Assembly (NCBI GenBank): GCA_032718475.1
Contig: JAUCBJ010008204.1
Span: 1 to 64,000, forward strand
Origin: Nemertoderma westbladi
Lineage: Eukaryota; Animalia; Xenacoelomorpha
Length of the DNA: 64,000 bases
Direction of reading: 5' to 3'
Part shown: positions 49,945-62,575 of the stretch, in pieces
Layout of the letters: each line of letters begins with the position of its first letter
Numbering within the stretch: position 1 is the stretch's first letter
Notes under the pieces: generated by a model
What the model was told of the DNA's origin: nothing
What the model saw: the letters and a program-made list of their open reading frames with translations, nothing else
Database searches by the model: none
Program-made: the position numbers and the translations under genes

Positions 49945-52900
49945 TTAATTGAAAAAGACCCGAATTGGTGGACAGTTTATGTCGTCACCAGCTCCGTCAT
50001 CAGTATCCATGGTAACCTGTAAATCAGCGTAATTCTGATTGGATGCCAGTTTTATGAGACTCTTTAACTGTTTCTTCTTCCGCGCCGCGTGCGCCGGCAT
50101 AAAATCCATGAAGACCATCTTAACGCCGTGGATAACGGAGGTCACCTCGAGGTTGGGTCGGCCAACCCGGGCCACAATCAGCTTCATAAACTCCTGCAGG
50201 GTGAGACTGGGCGACACCCCGAAGTCCCACCGGTCCCACATGGTGTACTCTATACCGGGCACGCACTCCTGTCGGGGCACTGCGCCCGGCTCAGACGAGA
50301 TCACGATGGGCAACGCGAGGTTTATAAAGGTATTCCGGTACCTTCCGATATCATCCTCGGATAAACTTCTCTTAGCTAATTTAATTAGTTCTATGGTGAC
50401 CAACCCCGCGACGCAGGCTGTTGTAGTAGCGATAGCGGGGACGATTCGACCGGCTATTCGTTTGGTCTGTAAGCGATCAGCCGGTTCAATCCCGTACATC
50501 GACGCGCGGAGATTCGATGCTGCCGTTATAAAATCGATGTGGCCGTTGGAGTCGTCGTCTTTCTCGAAGTCGACGGGAAAAAGCGGTTTAACTGAAGGAG
50601 ATTCTATTCCTTCTAGGTTTAATCGGACGTCGAATAAATCTTCCTCTTCCTCAACCGGGGCCGTTGCCGCTTCGTCGGTAACTACCGACTTACCGGAGGG
50701 TTCAAACTCCGGGACGGGGAATCCCTCGAGCGCGGCGAGGATAGCGGGTTTATCGAACGGAGCACCGCGGAGCCCGTAAACGTCGGCCCAGAGCCGAGCG
50801 AGACTCGCGACGAAGGCGAGATGGTCCGGGAGCTCGGGGTCGAAGCGGATCGGAGTGGGCGGCCGACGGGGGAGCGTCCAGAACGGAGTCCCGTCCGCCA
50901 CCGCGCAGTCCAACGGGAAGCAGTGCAGCAGGTTCAAAGCCTTGTGGGTGAAGTACTTCTCGAATTTAATTCGGGCGAGTTTCACGCAGCCAACGAGGTC
51001 CGCGGGACGACGCGAGAGAAGTTTAATCGAATCGGAAAGCCCGTCCGGAGTCGGTTGATTCGAGCTGAGAGCGGAAAGTAAGCCGGAAGTCGACCAGTTG
51101 TAACTCGTCCAGAGTTTATTAAACGACGTAGGTTTCAGGACAAACGCGGATTCGAATTTATCGCGAGCCCATTCTATAGTGTGGGTTACCGTGGAGGGGA
51201 AGGACTTGAGTGTGCAGTAGGGGATGGCGAGATCGGTGGAGGGGTCGTGTTGGCTCCCGTAGGACTCGGTAAGGAAGGGGACCACCGTCTGGACGTGGCC
51301 TTTAGTCCCGATCGTACCCGAGTCGAGGAGCGCCCGCTGGTTGGTGACGCAACGCGAGTCCACGTACCGCCTCGCCTCCACGTTATCCAACGCGTTCACG
51401 ACCACGTCGAGGTCGGCGTAGAAGGCGTCCGGATAAACAACGACCTCCGTTTCCGGGCCCACGCGGTGCTGATGGGCCGACACGTTGAGCTCCGGGTTGA
51501 TCTGTTTGGCGACCGTCGCGGCAGTGCTGCTCTTGGGATGTCGGATGTGCTGCGAACGGAAGAGAAACTGTCGGTTTAAGTTACTTTTCTCGATGATATC
51601 GTTGTCGGTTATTGTTAAACGTCCGACGGTAGACAAACCGATATGCGCAAAGTTTTTAAGCAGTTCGCATCCGATGGCTCCGCAACCTACCATGAAGCTG
51701 TTAACGGAATGGAGTTGGTCCAGCGTCTGTTGTCCGACGCAACGACGCAAATCGCTGTACCTGTCCGGAGAGGCCGGAAGCGAGACTTCCGGAGGGGCGA
51801 GACAGAGAAACTCGCTGTAGAACAGCTGTCTCAAAGGGCTGAACTTCCCGGTCAATGATTTCAGGACCTCCTGAGCGACGAACCCCCCTAGACACGCCCC
51901 TAGCGGTTGGAGGAATCCGCTACTGGTAACGGCGAGACTGCGAAGTAGTCCGGAGTCCAACTGGGTCGGACGAGTTAGCGACGAGTTCGCGGACTCGCAC
52001 AGAGCCAGGAACTCGTCCAACTCGCCAGACGAACTCGGCAACTCCCCGTGGAGCTCTGTGTAGCGGTCCAACGCAAGGAAACCAACGTGCACGTTGATTG
52101 GTGCATCCGGGTTTAATAAATCTCCAATCAAAATCTCAGGATTAATTAATTGGTTATCTAAACTTGTGAAACTAATTTTGATTGGTTGTTTAACTTTAAT
52201 AAATACGCCTCCAGCGGTGTACTCAGGCATTGGTAAAGGAGCATCTACCTTAAAGGTGGACGGCGTTAATACATTGACAGTAAACTGCTTACCGTTCAAT
52301 GACGTCACAACCTCGCGGAAGGTGATGACGTCACCGGTATCTAGACCGTGCAACCCGTCTGCGTGGGTGGTAACCACCCCCTGGTTGTCTATAGAGGAAA
52401 TAAACTTGGGTTCGATCTCTTCCCCATCGGCGTCGGAGACAAGGAATTCATCGCCCAAATCGACGAATATGGAACCGGCAAGGCCGTAAACCGAGGCGCA
52501 TACGAGATGGATCGAGTTCTTACGACAGAACGAATCAACAGCGCGTTGCAGCGATAGAGACGAGTTGCAAACCACCACGCAGGTGTAACCAGAAAGGATA
52601 AACAAGTTGTTTATCGTGAGGTTGCTATGGGAACAGCGTACGTCCACGTAGGGATTCAACTCGGCGAGTCTCGGAAGACAAGCCGAGTCCCTCGGTTTCC
52701 CGATGTCTTCCGGACGCACGTAGAACTGACTCCCTAGATCGGTTACGGAACACGGAGTCGCGTCGTCTATAGTGACCGATTTGACCCCGGCTAGGATTAG
52801 GTTCTTGGCGATCTCGACTCCGAGCCCGTTTACGGTGTGGAGGAACACGGAGGATCGAGCCATCCGATGCATCGCGGAATCACCGAGGACGTAGCGTTGT

Positions 52901-52959
52901 CGGCTGTACAAACCGTCGTCTATACCCGAGACATCATCCCTGCTGTTTCCCGAGGCCAT
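49945..52959 (-). CDS. UBA6: Ubiquitin-like modifier-activating enzyme 6 (E1), intronless
   Basis: IDDGLYSRQRYVLGD.AM..MA, VGCGAIGCE, IEKSNLNRQFLFR..HI, NALDNVEARRYVD, catalytic PYCTLKSFP and KRIAGRIVPAIATTTA fit UBA6 better than UBA1. Confidence 0.9.
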   Translation of the reverse strand: MASGNSRDDVSGIDDGLYSRQRYVLGDSAMHRMARSSVFLHTVNGLGVEIAKNLILAGVKSVTIDDATPCSVTDLGSQFYVRPEDIGKPRDSACLPRLAELNPYVDVRCSHSNLTINNLFILSGYTCVVVCNSSLSLQRAVDSFCRKNSIHLVCASVYGLAGSIFVDLGDEFLVSDADGEEIEPKFISSIDNQGVVTTHADGLHGLDTGDVITFREVVTSLNGKQFTVNVLTPSTFKVDAPLPMPEYTAGGVFIKVKQPIKISFTSLDNQLINPEILIGDLLNPDAPINVHVGFLALDRYTELHGELPSSSGELDEFLALCESANSSLTRPTQLDSGLLRSLAVTSSGFLQPLGACLGGFVAQEVLKSLTGKFSPLRQLFYSEFLCLAPPEVSLPASPDRYSDLRRCVGQQTLDQLHSVNSFMVGCGAIGCELLKNFAHIGLSTVGRLTITDNDIIEKSNLNRQFLFRSQHIRHPKSSTAATVAKQINPELNVSAHQHRVGPETEVVVYPDAFYADLDVVVNALDNVEARRYVDSRCVTNQRALLDSGTIGTKGHVQTVVPFLTESYGSQHDPSTDLAIPYCTLKSFPSTVTHTIEWARDKFESAFVLKPTSFNKLWTSYNWSTSGLLSALSSNQPTPDGLSDSIKLLSRRPADLVGCVKLARIKFEKYFTHKALNLLHCFPLDCAVADGTPFWTLPRRPPTPIRFDPELPDHLAFVASLARLWADVYGLRGAPFDKPAILAALEGFPVPEFEPSGKSVVTDEAATAPVEEEEDLFDVRLNLEGIESPSVKPLFPVDFEKDDDSNGHIDFITAASNLRASMYGIEPADRLQTKRIAGRIVPAIATTTACVAGLVTIELIKLAKRSLSEDDIGRYRNTFINLALPIVISSEPGAVPRQECVPGIEYTMWDRWDFGVSPSLTLQEFMKLIVARVGRPNLEVTSVIHGVKMVFMDFMPAHAARKKKQLKSLIKLASNQNYADLQVTMDTDDGAGDDINCPPIRVFFN

Positions 52960-53099
52960 GATCGGCTAGATTATTCGTTGTGTTCTGTCGTTATTAGCTT
53001 TAACTTCGATGAAAAGTGGAGGCGCAAGAACTACGTTCATGAAAACAACATAAAAACTTTGGGCTTCCGGTAGACTTGTAGTTATGATTTGCTTTTGCA

Positions 53100-53355
53100 G
53101 TTATAGTTCATATGCCAGTATGCGTACCTCTGGTATTTTCGTATTGCAAAAATAAGACTATAAGTATGAAATACCCTATGCTGCTATGTTATTGAGATAT
53201 TGTTTATTGTTTTGGTTAGAAAAGCCCACCACTGTAACCTGCTCCTTTCCGTTAATTAAGTAATGGCTGAATGGAGATTAGTTTATTGTTTTGGTTAGAA
53301 AACACCACCACTGTAACCTGCTTCTTTGCCAGAGGTACGCATATGAACGATAACC
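53100..53355. mobile_element. MITE upstream of UBA6
   Basis: Inverted ends gttatagttcatatgc...gtacctctgg / ccagaggtacgcatatgaacgataac; internal direct repeat. Confidence 0.65.
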
Positions 53356-54699
53356 GCTTTTGCTAATTTACAAGGTTTTTAAAATAAAAATATGAATTAA
53401 TTATTCGTATAAGGAATATCATTAGTATAGGCCTAGGCTAGTAGTATTACAAGTATTACTGTATTAGTAGTAAGCAAACGCTACGCCGATACTGCTGTAC
53501 TGGATACCGTCCACCGTCAGACCGTCTACACCCGAATGTGGGCATTCCCCAAAGTGGGCACCAACTTTTTAAAACTGCTGTAATTTTTGAACTATAATAC
53601 ATTAAACAATAGTGAAAAATTAATTAAATTGGTTTTTTACTAAATCTGCTGACAAATTAATAGGCCTATTTATTATCAGTTGATATTATTAAATTTCAGT
53701 ATAATATGGTGAATCTTTCAGACTGTCAGAGGTAGGTACCACAAAATTGTCGCCTGAAAGTTCGAGCGTCGATTTACTAACATTTTCTTACAGGCATTAT
53801 TTATTAATCAAACACAAACCAATTACACCATTACAATGCTAATGGTTTCAATATTGAAAGTTCTGAAGTTACGTTCCGTTTATCCGTAAAATCCGTTTAT
53901 CTGTTTATTATACGAATATAATGAAACTATAAACTTGAAGTTTAATAGTTTAGAGCACAGACACCTAAAATATGTACTATTTATCTAGAAATGTTCTCTT
54001 CAAGTGTAGTACAGTAGTACTGTAGTACAGTACCGGTAGTACGGTAGAGTAGATGTACCGGTAGGCTACTACACTACAACATTCAACTACAATGCAATTT
54101 GTGAAAAGATAATTAACATTTATAAATCGTAGAATAGACAATAAACGAAAATCCAGAATTCTGATTTATTTTTAAATTTAATTTCCGAAAATAAACAAAA
54201 TGCTGGGCATACATAAATCTGTAGGCCCCCTAAATAGTAAATTATTATTATTATTAACGCTCAAATATAATAAAATATAATAATTTGAGGAGGAAAACAA
54301 CCAGGATACAAAAAGAACACTGCTAACACTGCATAAAACTGATAGATAACGGCTGCATCAGATACTGTACAAGTCACAAAAAAGTACAGTGTGAATTAAA
54401 ATATACGGATATGAGCACTGAGAAAAAATAAAACATATCGGCAATAGGAGCATAGGGAAACAGATGCAATAAAAATATCCTAAAAAACAAACCTAAAACA
54501 TATTAATCTAAAAAGCGAAAATATTTGGGCATAACAATTATATGAAACTAAAAACTAATAAAATTAACGAGGAAAATTATGACGATCGTGATTATACAGT
54601 AGGTGTATATTAAAATTACAAAAAGGAAGTAACAAGTAAATCGAGATCTTTAACTTTCCGAGTGAAAACTAATTTTGTTTTTAGCGCAATCTACGTCAG

Positions 54700-55530
54700 C
54701 TGGAAGCCAGTTCCACATGGGGCCCGACCACCCAGTCTGCGAAAGAGTTCCAGCACCTTTGCAACCGATATTGCTGGTTGAAGAGCTTAATGGTGGCCTC
54801 GAAGACCCGCCATTGGAGCTGAGGCTAAAAAATCAGCACTATTTAAATCTATACGTCATCTATAGATCGCGAAAATAATACGGCGTACTGTAGTTCAAGT
54901 TTCAAGGCAGCAGTAGTAACTACTAGCAGTTCTATCTAAATAACATTTTGGTTCTAAATTACAAGCGTACAGTATGTAAATACGACGTGTAAAATACCTC
55001 TGCACGCGTTCAATTAAGTCAATACTAACTACGTGAAAAGGAGAACACACAGAGGTGTACAGTACTTACGGAATAATTGGTCGCACGTAAGATATAATGA
55101 TAAGTAAAGCAGAAAGTACATTACATTAGTGAGCAGCTTTTTGTAATTGTCGTCTATTAGCCCAATTTTCCAAACCCGTTAGAGAACCAGACAGGTACAG
55201 TAATTACTATGAGAACTTCTAACTCATGTAGCTTTACCGTCCGCAAACAATTTACAGGATACAAATTGCACACTACAGTATCAGGCAAATCGTTGATATA
55301 AAGGAGAAACATAATGGGTCGCAAAAACACTCCCTTATGGGGTACCGGAGACGACTTTGCAGTCAACAGAAATAGAATTTCCAACCACCACGTTTTGAGT
55401 CCGATTTGTCATAAAGGAAGTGAACCAAAGGCAAAGCAATAAGTCTTCAGAAACCATAATGTTTCAATTTACAGTGAACCACCGAGTCGAAGGCCTTCGC
55501 AAAATCGATATAAACCACATCAATCAGGCC
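54700..55530 (-). mobile_element. Decayed CR1-like LINE reverse transcriptase remnant
   Basis: DVVYIDFAKAFDSVVH, VP..GV.L.PIMFLLYINDLPD, and downstream fragments with many stops. Confidence 0.75.
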
Positions 55531-57409
55531 TGGGCATGGGGCCTGATCAATTAGGCTGTGTGCGCTGCAGCCCACGGCCAAGCGACTGAACCGGCCCCTC
55601 AAAAATTCGAAAATAACCGACGAGTGGCTGAGTAATACAAACTGAAGGTAATCCTTGAAAGAAAGGCCCAACTAGGTACCTAGTTAGACGATTTTATACA
55701 GTATCACAAAGTTATAAACAGGTTTATAAAAGATTTCCGCTCGCTTCGCTCGCATTTTCAATATAAAACGAGCTACTGTATAATGTCTAGATAAACCTTT
55801 TGTGTTGCGGTATACTGTAATTTAGTATATCAGAGGTTAAGAAATTCTACTCACTGACAGACAACTATATTTCATCTGTCAGCCGCTAGGAGGAGTGACT
55901 AGTTCCACTAATTTAACTGCTGTGTAAAGCCTCGTAAACACACACGGAGGGAAGCCATAAATTTGTGTTCACGTTATCGTTTATTGTTAGGAGTATTTAA
56001 TAAAAATTAAATCTCCTTTCAAACAAAGGTATATTACAATTTTCTATCGTTTTCAAAAGTTTTCTGAAAATACTTGAGCAAGAATAGTCGGTAAATTAAT
56101 ATATTTAATTTATACCGCTGTAGTACAGTAATCCCGTTAAGGTACCGCCGTAACATGTCATCTGGATTTGGCACTTCAGCAGTCTGAAAACGGACAGAGC
56201 AAAGTCAGGGACGGTATTAGGGGGGGGGGGGGGGGGGGGGGGGGGTCAAAAGGGGCAGCTGCCGGGGGCCCGTAAGTTTGGAAGCGACCCGCAAGTTGGG
56301 AGAAATTTACCGAACATTATCTCACTGATAAAACAACCTCAATTATTTATTAATTTCTGGCTCTTCAATAAATATTTATATCTCACATATAGACCATCCA
56401 TAGACAGATAGACCATGCCTGATTAGAGAATGCCATTGAAACAAAATAGAAGGGCCCTTAATGTCGTAAATATTCATTCCAGAACATGTAATTATTTAAC
56501 CTGAGGTGAACTAGTAGTGGGATAAAGCAATGAGTTACATTTACTATAGGCCTATTACCTCGACTCGGCTACCCAGGCAGCCAGACTATCGACTAGGCTA
56601 CTATGTAGCTAGCCAGGGTCAGGGTGAAACTATCAAGCCCCCCCCCCCCCCCCCCCCCCCCCCGTTAATATTAATTTTTCTAATCATTACAGCCTAAAAT
56701 AACACTTTCACTTTTCTGATCAATCTACTGTACATACACTGATTCAAAAGACTATCGGTTTGTCATCGTGAGACACTGTAACGTAATGTGTAAAGGAAAA
56801 CATTAGCAAAAAGGTGGATTTAAAATAAGACAACGTCTCAATTCCATGTAATAAATAGTCACACAAAGTCACAAAAAAAGGTACGCATTTACACTGCAAA
56901 TTTGCAATGCTTTTGCCTTGATTTGTTTCTGTTCTGTACAGTAGTAGCTGAGTAGGATCTCAACTCAATCTATCAATTGATAGTTAATATCAACAATTAA
57001 TGCAACAGAACGCCGTTGTCGGCGTCTGTTGCTTGCTTAGCGTTTAAATTTATAGCCTACCGATTATTGACAGCTGTAATTGATAAAGTCTCTTGTCAGT
57101 TATCCTAGGAAAAACAATACGCCTACACAGCAGTGGGTTAAACTAAACTCCGTATTCGTATGCATGCGATAGCTATCGTATTTGCCTATCGTATTTGGAT
57201 CAATCGTATATGAATCAATCGTATATGCACTGCTCCTGCTCACAAGCTAAGCACGTATCCTAAATAAGGTTTTGTGTTAAGTGCCCTACCGCATGATTTC
57301 GACTGTATATATTGTAAGCTAAACTTCCTAGACAAAGACGATTATGATTTGCCTATTATTTTTAGTTTTTTATTTATTATTTTATTTTGTATTAAAATGT
57401 TATTTTTAC

Positions 57410-57689
57410 GCCCATGTAAAGGAATACAATGCAGGATTTCACTTTTCGGTCGACTTTTTATTGTAATTTTATATTTGAAGATTTTTTATTTTTTAAATAT
57501 ATCTTTAATAAGTGTTTTATAGCGCTTAATTCTGTCTTATAACCTGTACATATACTAATTCGTTTATTGTTTTGGTTAGATTCAGCCCTTCTGTAACCTG
57601 TGTTTTTGGTGAAAACCTGGTATTCTTCACATGAGGCTAACTGCAAAGTGAAATATAACGGCAGAAAGTCTGGTATTCTTCACATGGGC
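57410..57689. mobile_element. MITE
   Basis: Ends gcccatgtaaaggaatac / gtattcttcacatgggc; body shared with 26047-26178. Confidence 0.65.
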
Positions 57690-58062
57690 CTTTTTTTATC
57701 TAAGTTTAATGCTTAGGCCTACGGACTGCGCTTGGTTGTTTTATTTGGTGTTAAGATTAATCATGTATTGTTCGCTGATGATTTGTGTCTCTTTCGAATT
57801 CTTATTACAGTATTAATATATAATATACACACACATAGCTGTTCTTTTTGCAAATTTATAAATGTATAAATATCCCATGAGGATGAGGATAAATAACGGT
57901 CATCAAAATATACAAGTTTATTAAACGCAATGATATTGAAGTGGGAAGTGGGCCTATTGATACGGTGATAACATTGTATCTCATACTGTCATAAGCCATA
58001 CCGGTCAGCCGGTAATGGTATCGAAGTATGAAATAAGTAATAAACAACCAAATAGCAAAACA

Positions 58063-58542
58063 TCACCGTCTCATAGAAGGGAAGTCTACTATAGGCCGAC
58101 CTGTAGAGTCCAGTGCAACCCGTTGTCCTGGTAATGGGGGGCCCGATAGTTTCCTAGGTAACTGAGTCGGTTGGTTTAGGTCCTCGAGCATTGTGAGCCA
58201 TCGCTGCACCGTCGTCTGATGACGCTGAATCTGTAGGTTCTTCCGCTCCAATTCGATTCGAAGCTCCCCGTTACCTTCTGTGGCGACGTGTTCCGGTAAC
58301 TCTACTGCGAGGACCAGCCGTTTCTGCAGAAAGAAGGTCTCCAACTGGTGTCCGACGTCGAGGAATCGCGTCAGACATTGGTCCACGGTGTTTTGTATCT
58401 CGGTTTTGTCTATGAGGTTCACATGATCCTGATTCACCAGCGAAGAATAACACGCCTGGAACGCCGCTTCAAAGTCGTCCACTAGGTTGTTACCGGCAGG
58501 GATGGTTTGTTCAGCATTCTGACTTGTCGACTGACAATCCAT
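58063..58542 (-). CDS. MED28: Mediator subunit 28, intronless
   Basis: LVDDFEAAFQAC..SL..QD, VDQC..RFLDV..Q.E.FFLQKRL, ELR.ELERK. Confidence 0.9.
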   Translation of the reverse strand: MDCQSTSQNAEQTIPAGNNLVDDFEAAFQACYSSLVNQDHVNLIDKTEIQNTVDQCLTRFLDVGHQLETFFLQKRLVLAVELPEHVATEGNGELRIELERKNLQIQRHQTTVQRWLTMLEDLNQPTQLPRKLSGPPLPGQRVALDSTGRPIVDFPSMRR

Positions 58543-60107
58543 TAGGCCTACAGCATTATATTATTGCGACATATCCTGATATCTCGATGACACGCTAACT
58601 GGCTAACTCGTCGGTGAGAAAACGATTACGGTACACGCAAGCGGGAAGGCTGCATGGGAGGCCTACCTAGTACCTACTGGCCTATGCTATGCCTGTATGC
58701 AGATATGTTTTCATCAGCACAGCACGAGCACCAGAGTACAGTTTTTAGTCAATTAGTACTGTAGTAGCAATCCTGAATCCTACAGAACTGCACAGCTAGC
58801 GCTGGATACTGCAGTGCAGTACTGCCAGACTGGAATTGCTCCGAATTCTGGAATTTACCAGTTTACCGTACGCGGAAGATACGCCGCGTATTTTTGCAAT
58901 TACAGAATTACGCGGAAGGCAGGAAGCTGGGAAGGCATGTATGAAAATACGCTCGATCGGCGTATTTTCCAGAATGTACGCGGAAGATACCCCTGTACCC
59001 TGATACCAGAAGATTTTAATTTTGTTTATTTTTATTTCACTTTACTACACCTGTACACTGGGTGCACTGTACTGCTGTATGTACTACAGTACTACTGACA
59101 GCAGACTGAGGGAGCTATTGCAGTATCAGAGTATTGATAATGGGATTTGGCTGTCTGGTGTGTTAAGACCGTTTTGAGGGTTTGGGATTGGGAGTAATAT
59201 GCAGTAGTACTTTGCAAACCCCATACGACGTCGGTATTATATATTTATATCGCATTAATTTTAATTTTCACTAAAACAATCGCCTTTTCCACTAAATTAA
59301 ATGTTTTTTTGCTATACATTTTGGTCACTAAAATAAATGTATTCCTCCACTAAAATAATATTAATTATCACTACAACTATAAATGTATTTTTCTAATCAT
59401 ATAACTGAAACCTGTTTAATTTTGAATTTTGTTTATTGTTTTTGTTATAATAACGTGCCACTCTCTATGTCAGCATTCTATGTAGTGATAATTAATAGAT
59501 TTTAGTGATAAATAATATATTTAAGTGATAATTAATTTATTTACTGGAAACTGAATGATTTTATAGTGATTTAATGTTTAACATTAAGGTAAAGGAAGCA
59601 TAAGCTTATTGTACCTGTTCAGATATTAAACTGAGGCTATGTATTTACCTACTACTGTACTGTACTACCCTACAAATGTTGATATGAAGTATGTAAAATG
59701 AGAGGGTGGCGTAAGGTCAAACTTAACCTAACTGGCTAAAAATCATTTACAATACAGTAATTAAAATGTAAGTACAGGAAGTGCATCTAAAAACCGAGCT
59801 TGACACGAGTAATAAAATAGACGTTATAACAAATTTGGCTCACATTTTAATACATCTTAAAAACAATATGCAGTAAAACAGTATAGGCCCTACTGTAGCT
59901 GTGTATAAAAACTATTAAATTGTTTAAAAACGTCAAGTAAATAGGTTCAATCCAATTAAAAATACAGATAGTATATTTAGTTATTATAATATAATATAAA
60001 ATATTAATTTTATAAAGTAGTTGTTAAAACGTAAAGTTTGTGTATGAGAACAAAAGCGTGTATTGGAATGATAATTGAATTGAAATTAATATATCATATC
60101 TCTCCAA

Positions 60108-60150
60108 ACCACGTACGCGTTTCGACCTTACTGGGTCTCATCAGCGTGGT
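60108..60150 (-). ncRNA. Minimal type I hammerhead ribozyme (copy 1)
   Basis: Minus strand: ACCACG-CUGAUGA-GACC cagtaa GGUC-GAAAC-GC-GUA-CGUGGU; intact core and fully paired stems I and II. Confidence 0.88.
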
Positions 60151-60469
60151 GTCGGATTTGAACCTGGGACCAATATGAGATATTAATTTCAATAAAAATT
60201 ACGCGATTCCTAAATTTGTACACTACCCGGTTAAAAAGTACGCATGTGATGGGATTAGTCCTACAATTGCGCCAATAAAAGATAAGTTATTTTCGGTAAA
60301 TTAAACTTATCATTCGAGGCTAAGACCCCAAGATCCCTTCCTATAATAAATGTATAATAACAAACACCTCAAAAACACAGCTTGCCAACACATTGTTACT
60401 ATCCATAATAAAAATCAGGGGCTAATAAAATGGCAGCTGACTTTGAAATTAATACTCCATATCTCAAGA

Positions 60470-60528
60470 ACCTGTGGCCTAGTGGTTGTAGTCGGCTTCC
60501 ACCTCGTGGTCCCAGGTTCAAATCCGAC
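60470..60528 (+). promoter_or_regulatory. tRNA-like Pol III promoter head
   Basis: A-box tggcctagtgg and B-box ggttcaaatcc, fused directly to the hammerhead. Confidence 0.75.
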
Positions 60529-60571
60529 ACCACGCTGATGAGACCCAGTAAGGTTGAAACGCGTATGTGGT
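60529..60571 (+). ncRNA. Minimal type I hammerhead ribozyme (copy 2)
   Basis: ACCACG-CUGAUGA-GACC cagtaa GGUU-GAAAC-GC-GUA-UGUGGU; both differences from copy 1 give G-U wobble pairs. Confidence 0.85.
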
Positions 60572-60714
60572 TTGGAGAGATATGAGATATTAATTTCAAT
60601 AAAAATTACGCGATTCCTAAATTTGTACACTACCCGGTTAAAAAGTACGCATAAGTTATTATCGGTAAAATAAACTTATCATTCGAGATTAAGACCCCTA
60701 GATCCCCTCGTGCT

Positions 60715-61760
60715 ATATTTGGGTGAGCCAAGTCCCAATGAGCTACAGGACGTTGACCCCCACTTTTCAATCTCAGTCTGTATTCGGCTTCGCGTTCGAA
60801 TTTGGACATGTCTCTATCAAAGTAGTATCGTATGCTGCCAGCCTCGAATTATTTGCCCGATAGTATTTGGTTAGCCATGGCGCAAGTGTCGAAAGAGAGG
60901 AGCAGTGGTCGGTTTGATGAGTCTTCTCGCGGTTTCCCCAATCGGGAGATTGTCTTATATGGTAGTTTCTCGTTGAGATAATCAAAGAGCAAATTACTGT
61001 CTACTTCTCGCTGTTTGTTGGAAGAATTGTTTCCATTGTCACCAGGAAAGTTTCGAATAACAATGTTATATTTGCGTTGGTCGTTTAAGTCGGATTATCT
61101 TCTCGATACTCACTGAGTCAATTGGTTTAGCAGCACATTTCTGCTCAATATAGTGTCATGGATATACTTGAGTTTTCTGGCGTTTTTCTTTACAATTTCG
61201 ACCCAACATCCACCATCCTCCTCATTTACCAATTGAGGGGGTGGAGTCGTTTCTATGGTTACAATTTTAGATCGGACTTCACCCTGCGCCACCTCTACAT
61301 CGCTTAGTCGTACTTCAATCTCATGGCGAAGTGAGGCTAAGTCGTTGCCAAGGATGATTTTATTATCGTCGCCATCTGACTCAGTTAGAGCACGGAGTTT
61401 GTCTAGTTGTAGAATTTCTTCCTCGAGTGCAGTGATCCGTACTGCCGAACAGAAACCACATATACATTTTTTGGATAAGAAATTGTTTTGTCCAGAAGGT
61501 ATGGTACTTTCCGTCAACACTGTTGTGCATGCAGAACATTCAACACTTGTGCGCACAAATTTATTGGAGGATGCGACTGGTGTGAGTTTGGATTTGCCGT
61601 TTTTGGGTGTGACGGTGACGGGGTTGCGTTTCTCACCTACAGATAGCCGTATAATAAATTGTTGTATCGCCTGGTTTACTCGTCCCAGTTGTGATTGGTT
61701 GAGAGTTTGCTCATCATGCAATCGTTTATGTTATACAGGGAGTAAGTAGATATAGAGCCC
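60715..61760 (-). mobile_element. Decayed LINE ORF1-like sequence
   Basis: Cys pairs (CSAC...CGFC), coiled coil, then NIVIRNFP...SRLGK...RPLLLSF in other frames. Confidence 0.5.
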
Positions 61761-61879
61761 TGCTATACAATATTACTGTTGTAAGATTTCCAGTTTGATC
61801 AGCTGTATATTGTCCAGTTGTCTTAGGTAAACTCTTCCTCTTGTGCCCCTACAGCACAGCCCTATAAAAAAATGGTAAA

Positions 61880-62575
61880 ACGAACTTAGATCCTGCAAGG
61901 CCTGACTTTGATGAACTTAGATCTTTCCGAACTTAGGTCTATCTATCTGGGCGAACTTAGATCATAACTAGGTGAACTTAGATCCTAACTAGGTGAACTT
62001 AGATCCCAATTTATGCTATTAAAAGCCTTTTGGTAATCATCTCCTAGTCGCGAAGCGAACTTAAATCCCACGTTGAAAGCAAAGCGAACTTAGATATTAG
62101 GTGGACTTATAGATCCAAATTTATGCAAATTCCTTGGCACACGCTAGAGGAGAAGCGAACTTAGATCCCACTGTCATACTACTGTCATACACATCAAAGT
62201 AGTTGCGATCAGTGAATCACCAACAAACTATAATTTGCTAATTAATAGCTAATTCATTGCAATCTATTGGGGGTGGGATCTAAGTTCGCTTCCCTTCAAG
62301 CGTGATAATATTTACATTACAGTAAGGTCTGCTGGCCTACAGTATGGGAATGACATTTCACATTAACACAGCTACGGTACAGCAATGTATGCAATATATG
62401 CGAGATCTAAGTTTCGTACATGTTGAGGATCTAAGTTCGTATGGGAAGGATCTAAGTTCGTATGGGAAGGATCTAAGTTCGTATGGTAAGGATCTATGTT
62501 CGTCTGGTAAGGATCTATGTTCACCCAAGATCTAAGTTCGTTCAGGATCTAAGGTGCTCTAGGATCTAAAGCCGA
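61880..62575. repeat. Foldback/MITE-like element with GAACTTAGATC subrepeats in opposite orientation in its two arms
   Basis: Many gaacttagatc copies at 61880-62170 and gatctaagttc copies at 62275-62550. Confidence 0.75.

Noticed and set aside
56220-56665. Long poly-G/poly-C tracts (also 1581, 29616, 42905, 43183)
   Set aside because: Mostly within MITE-like ends; lengths are unreliable and no further structure is evident
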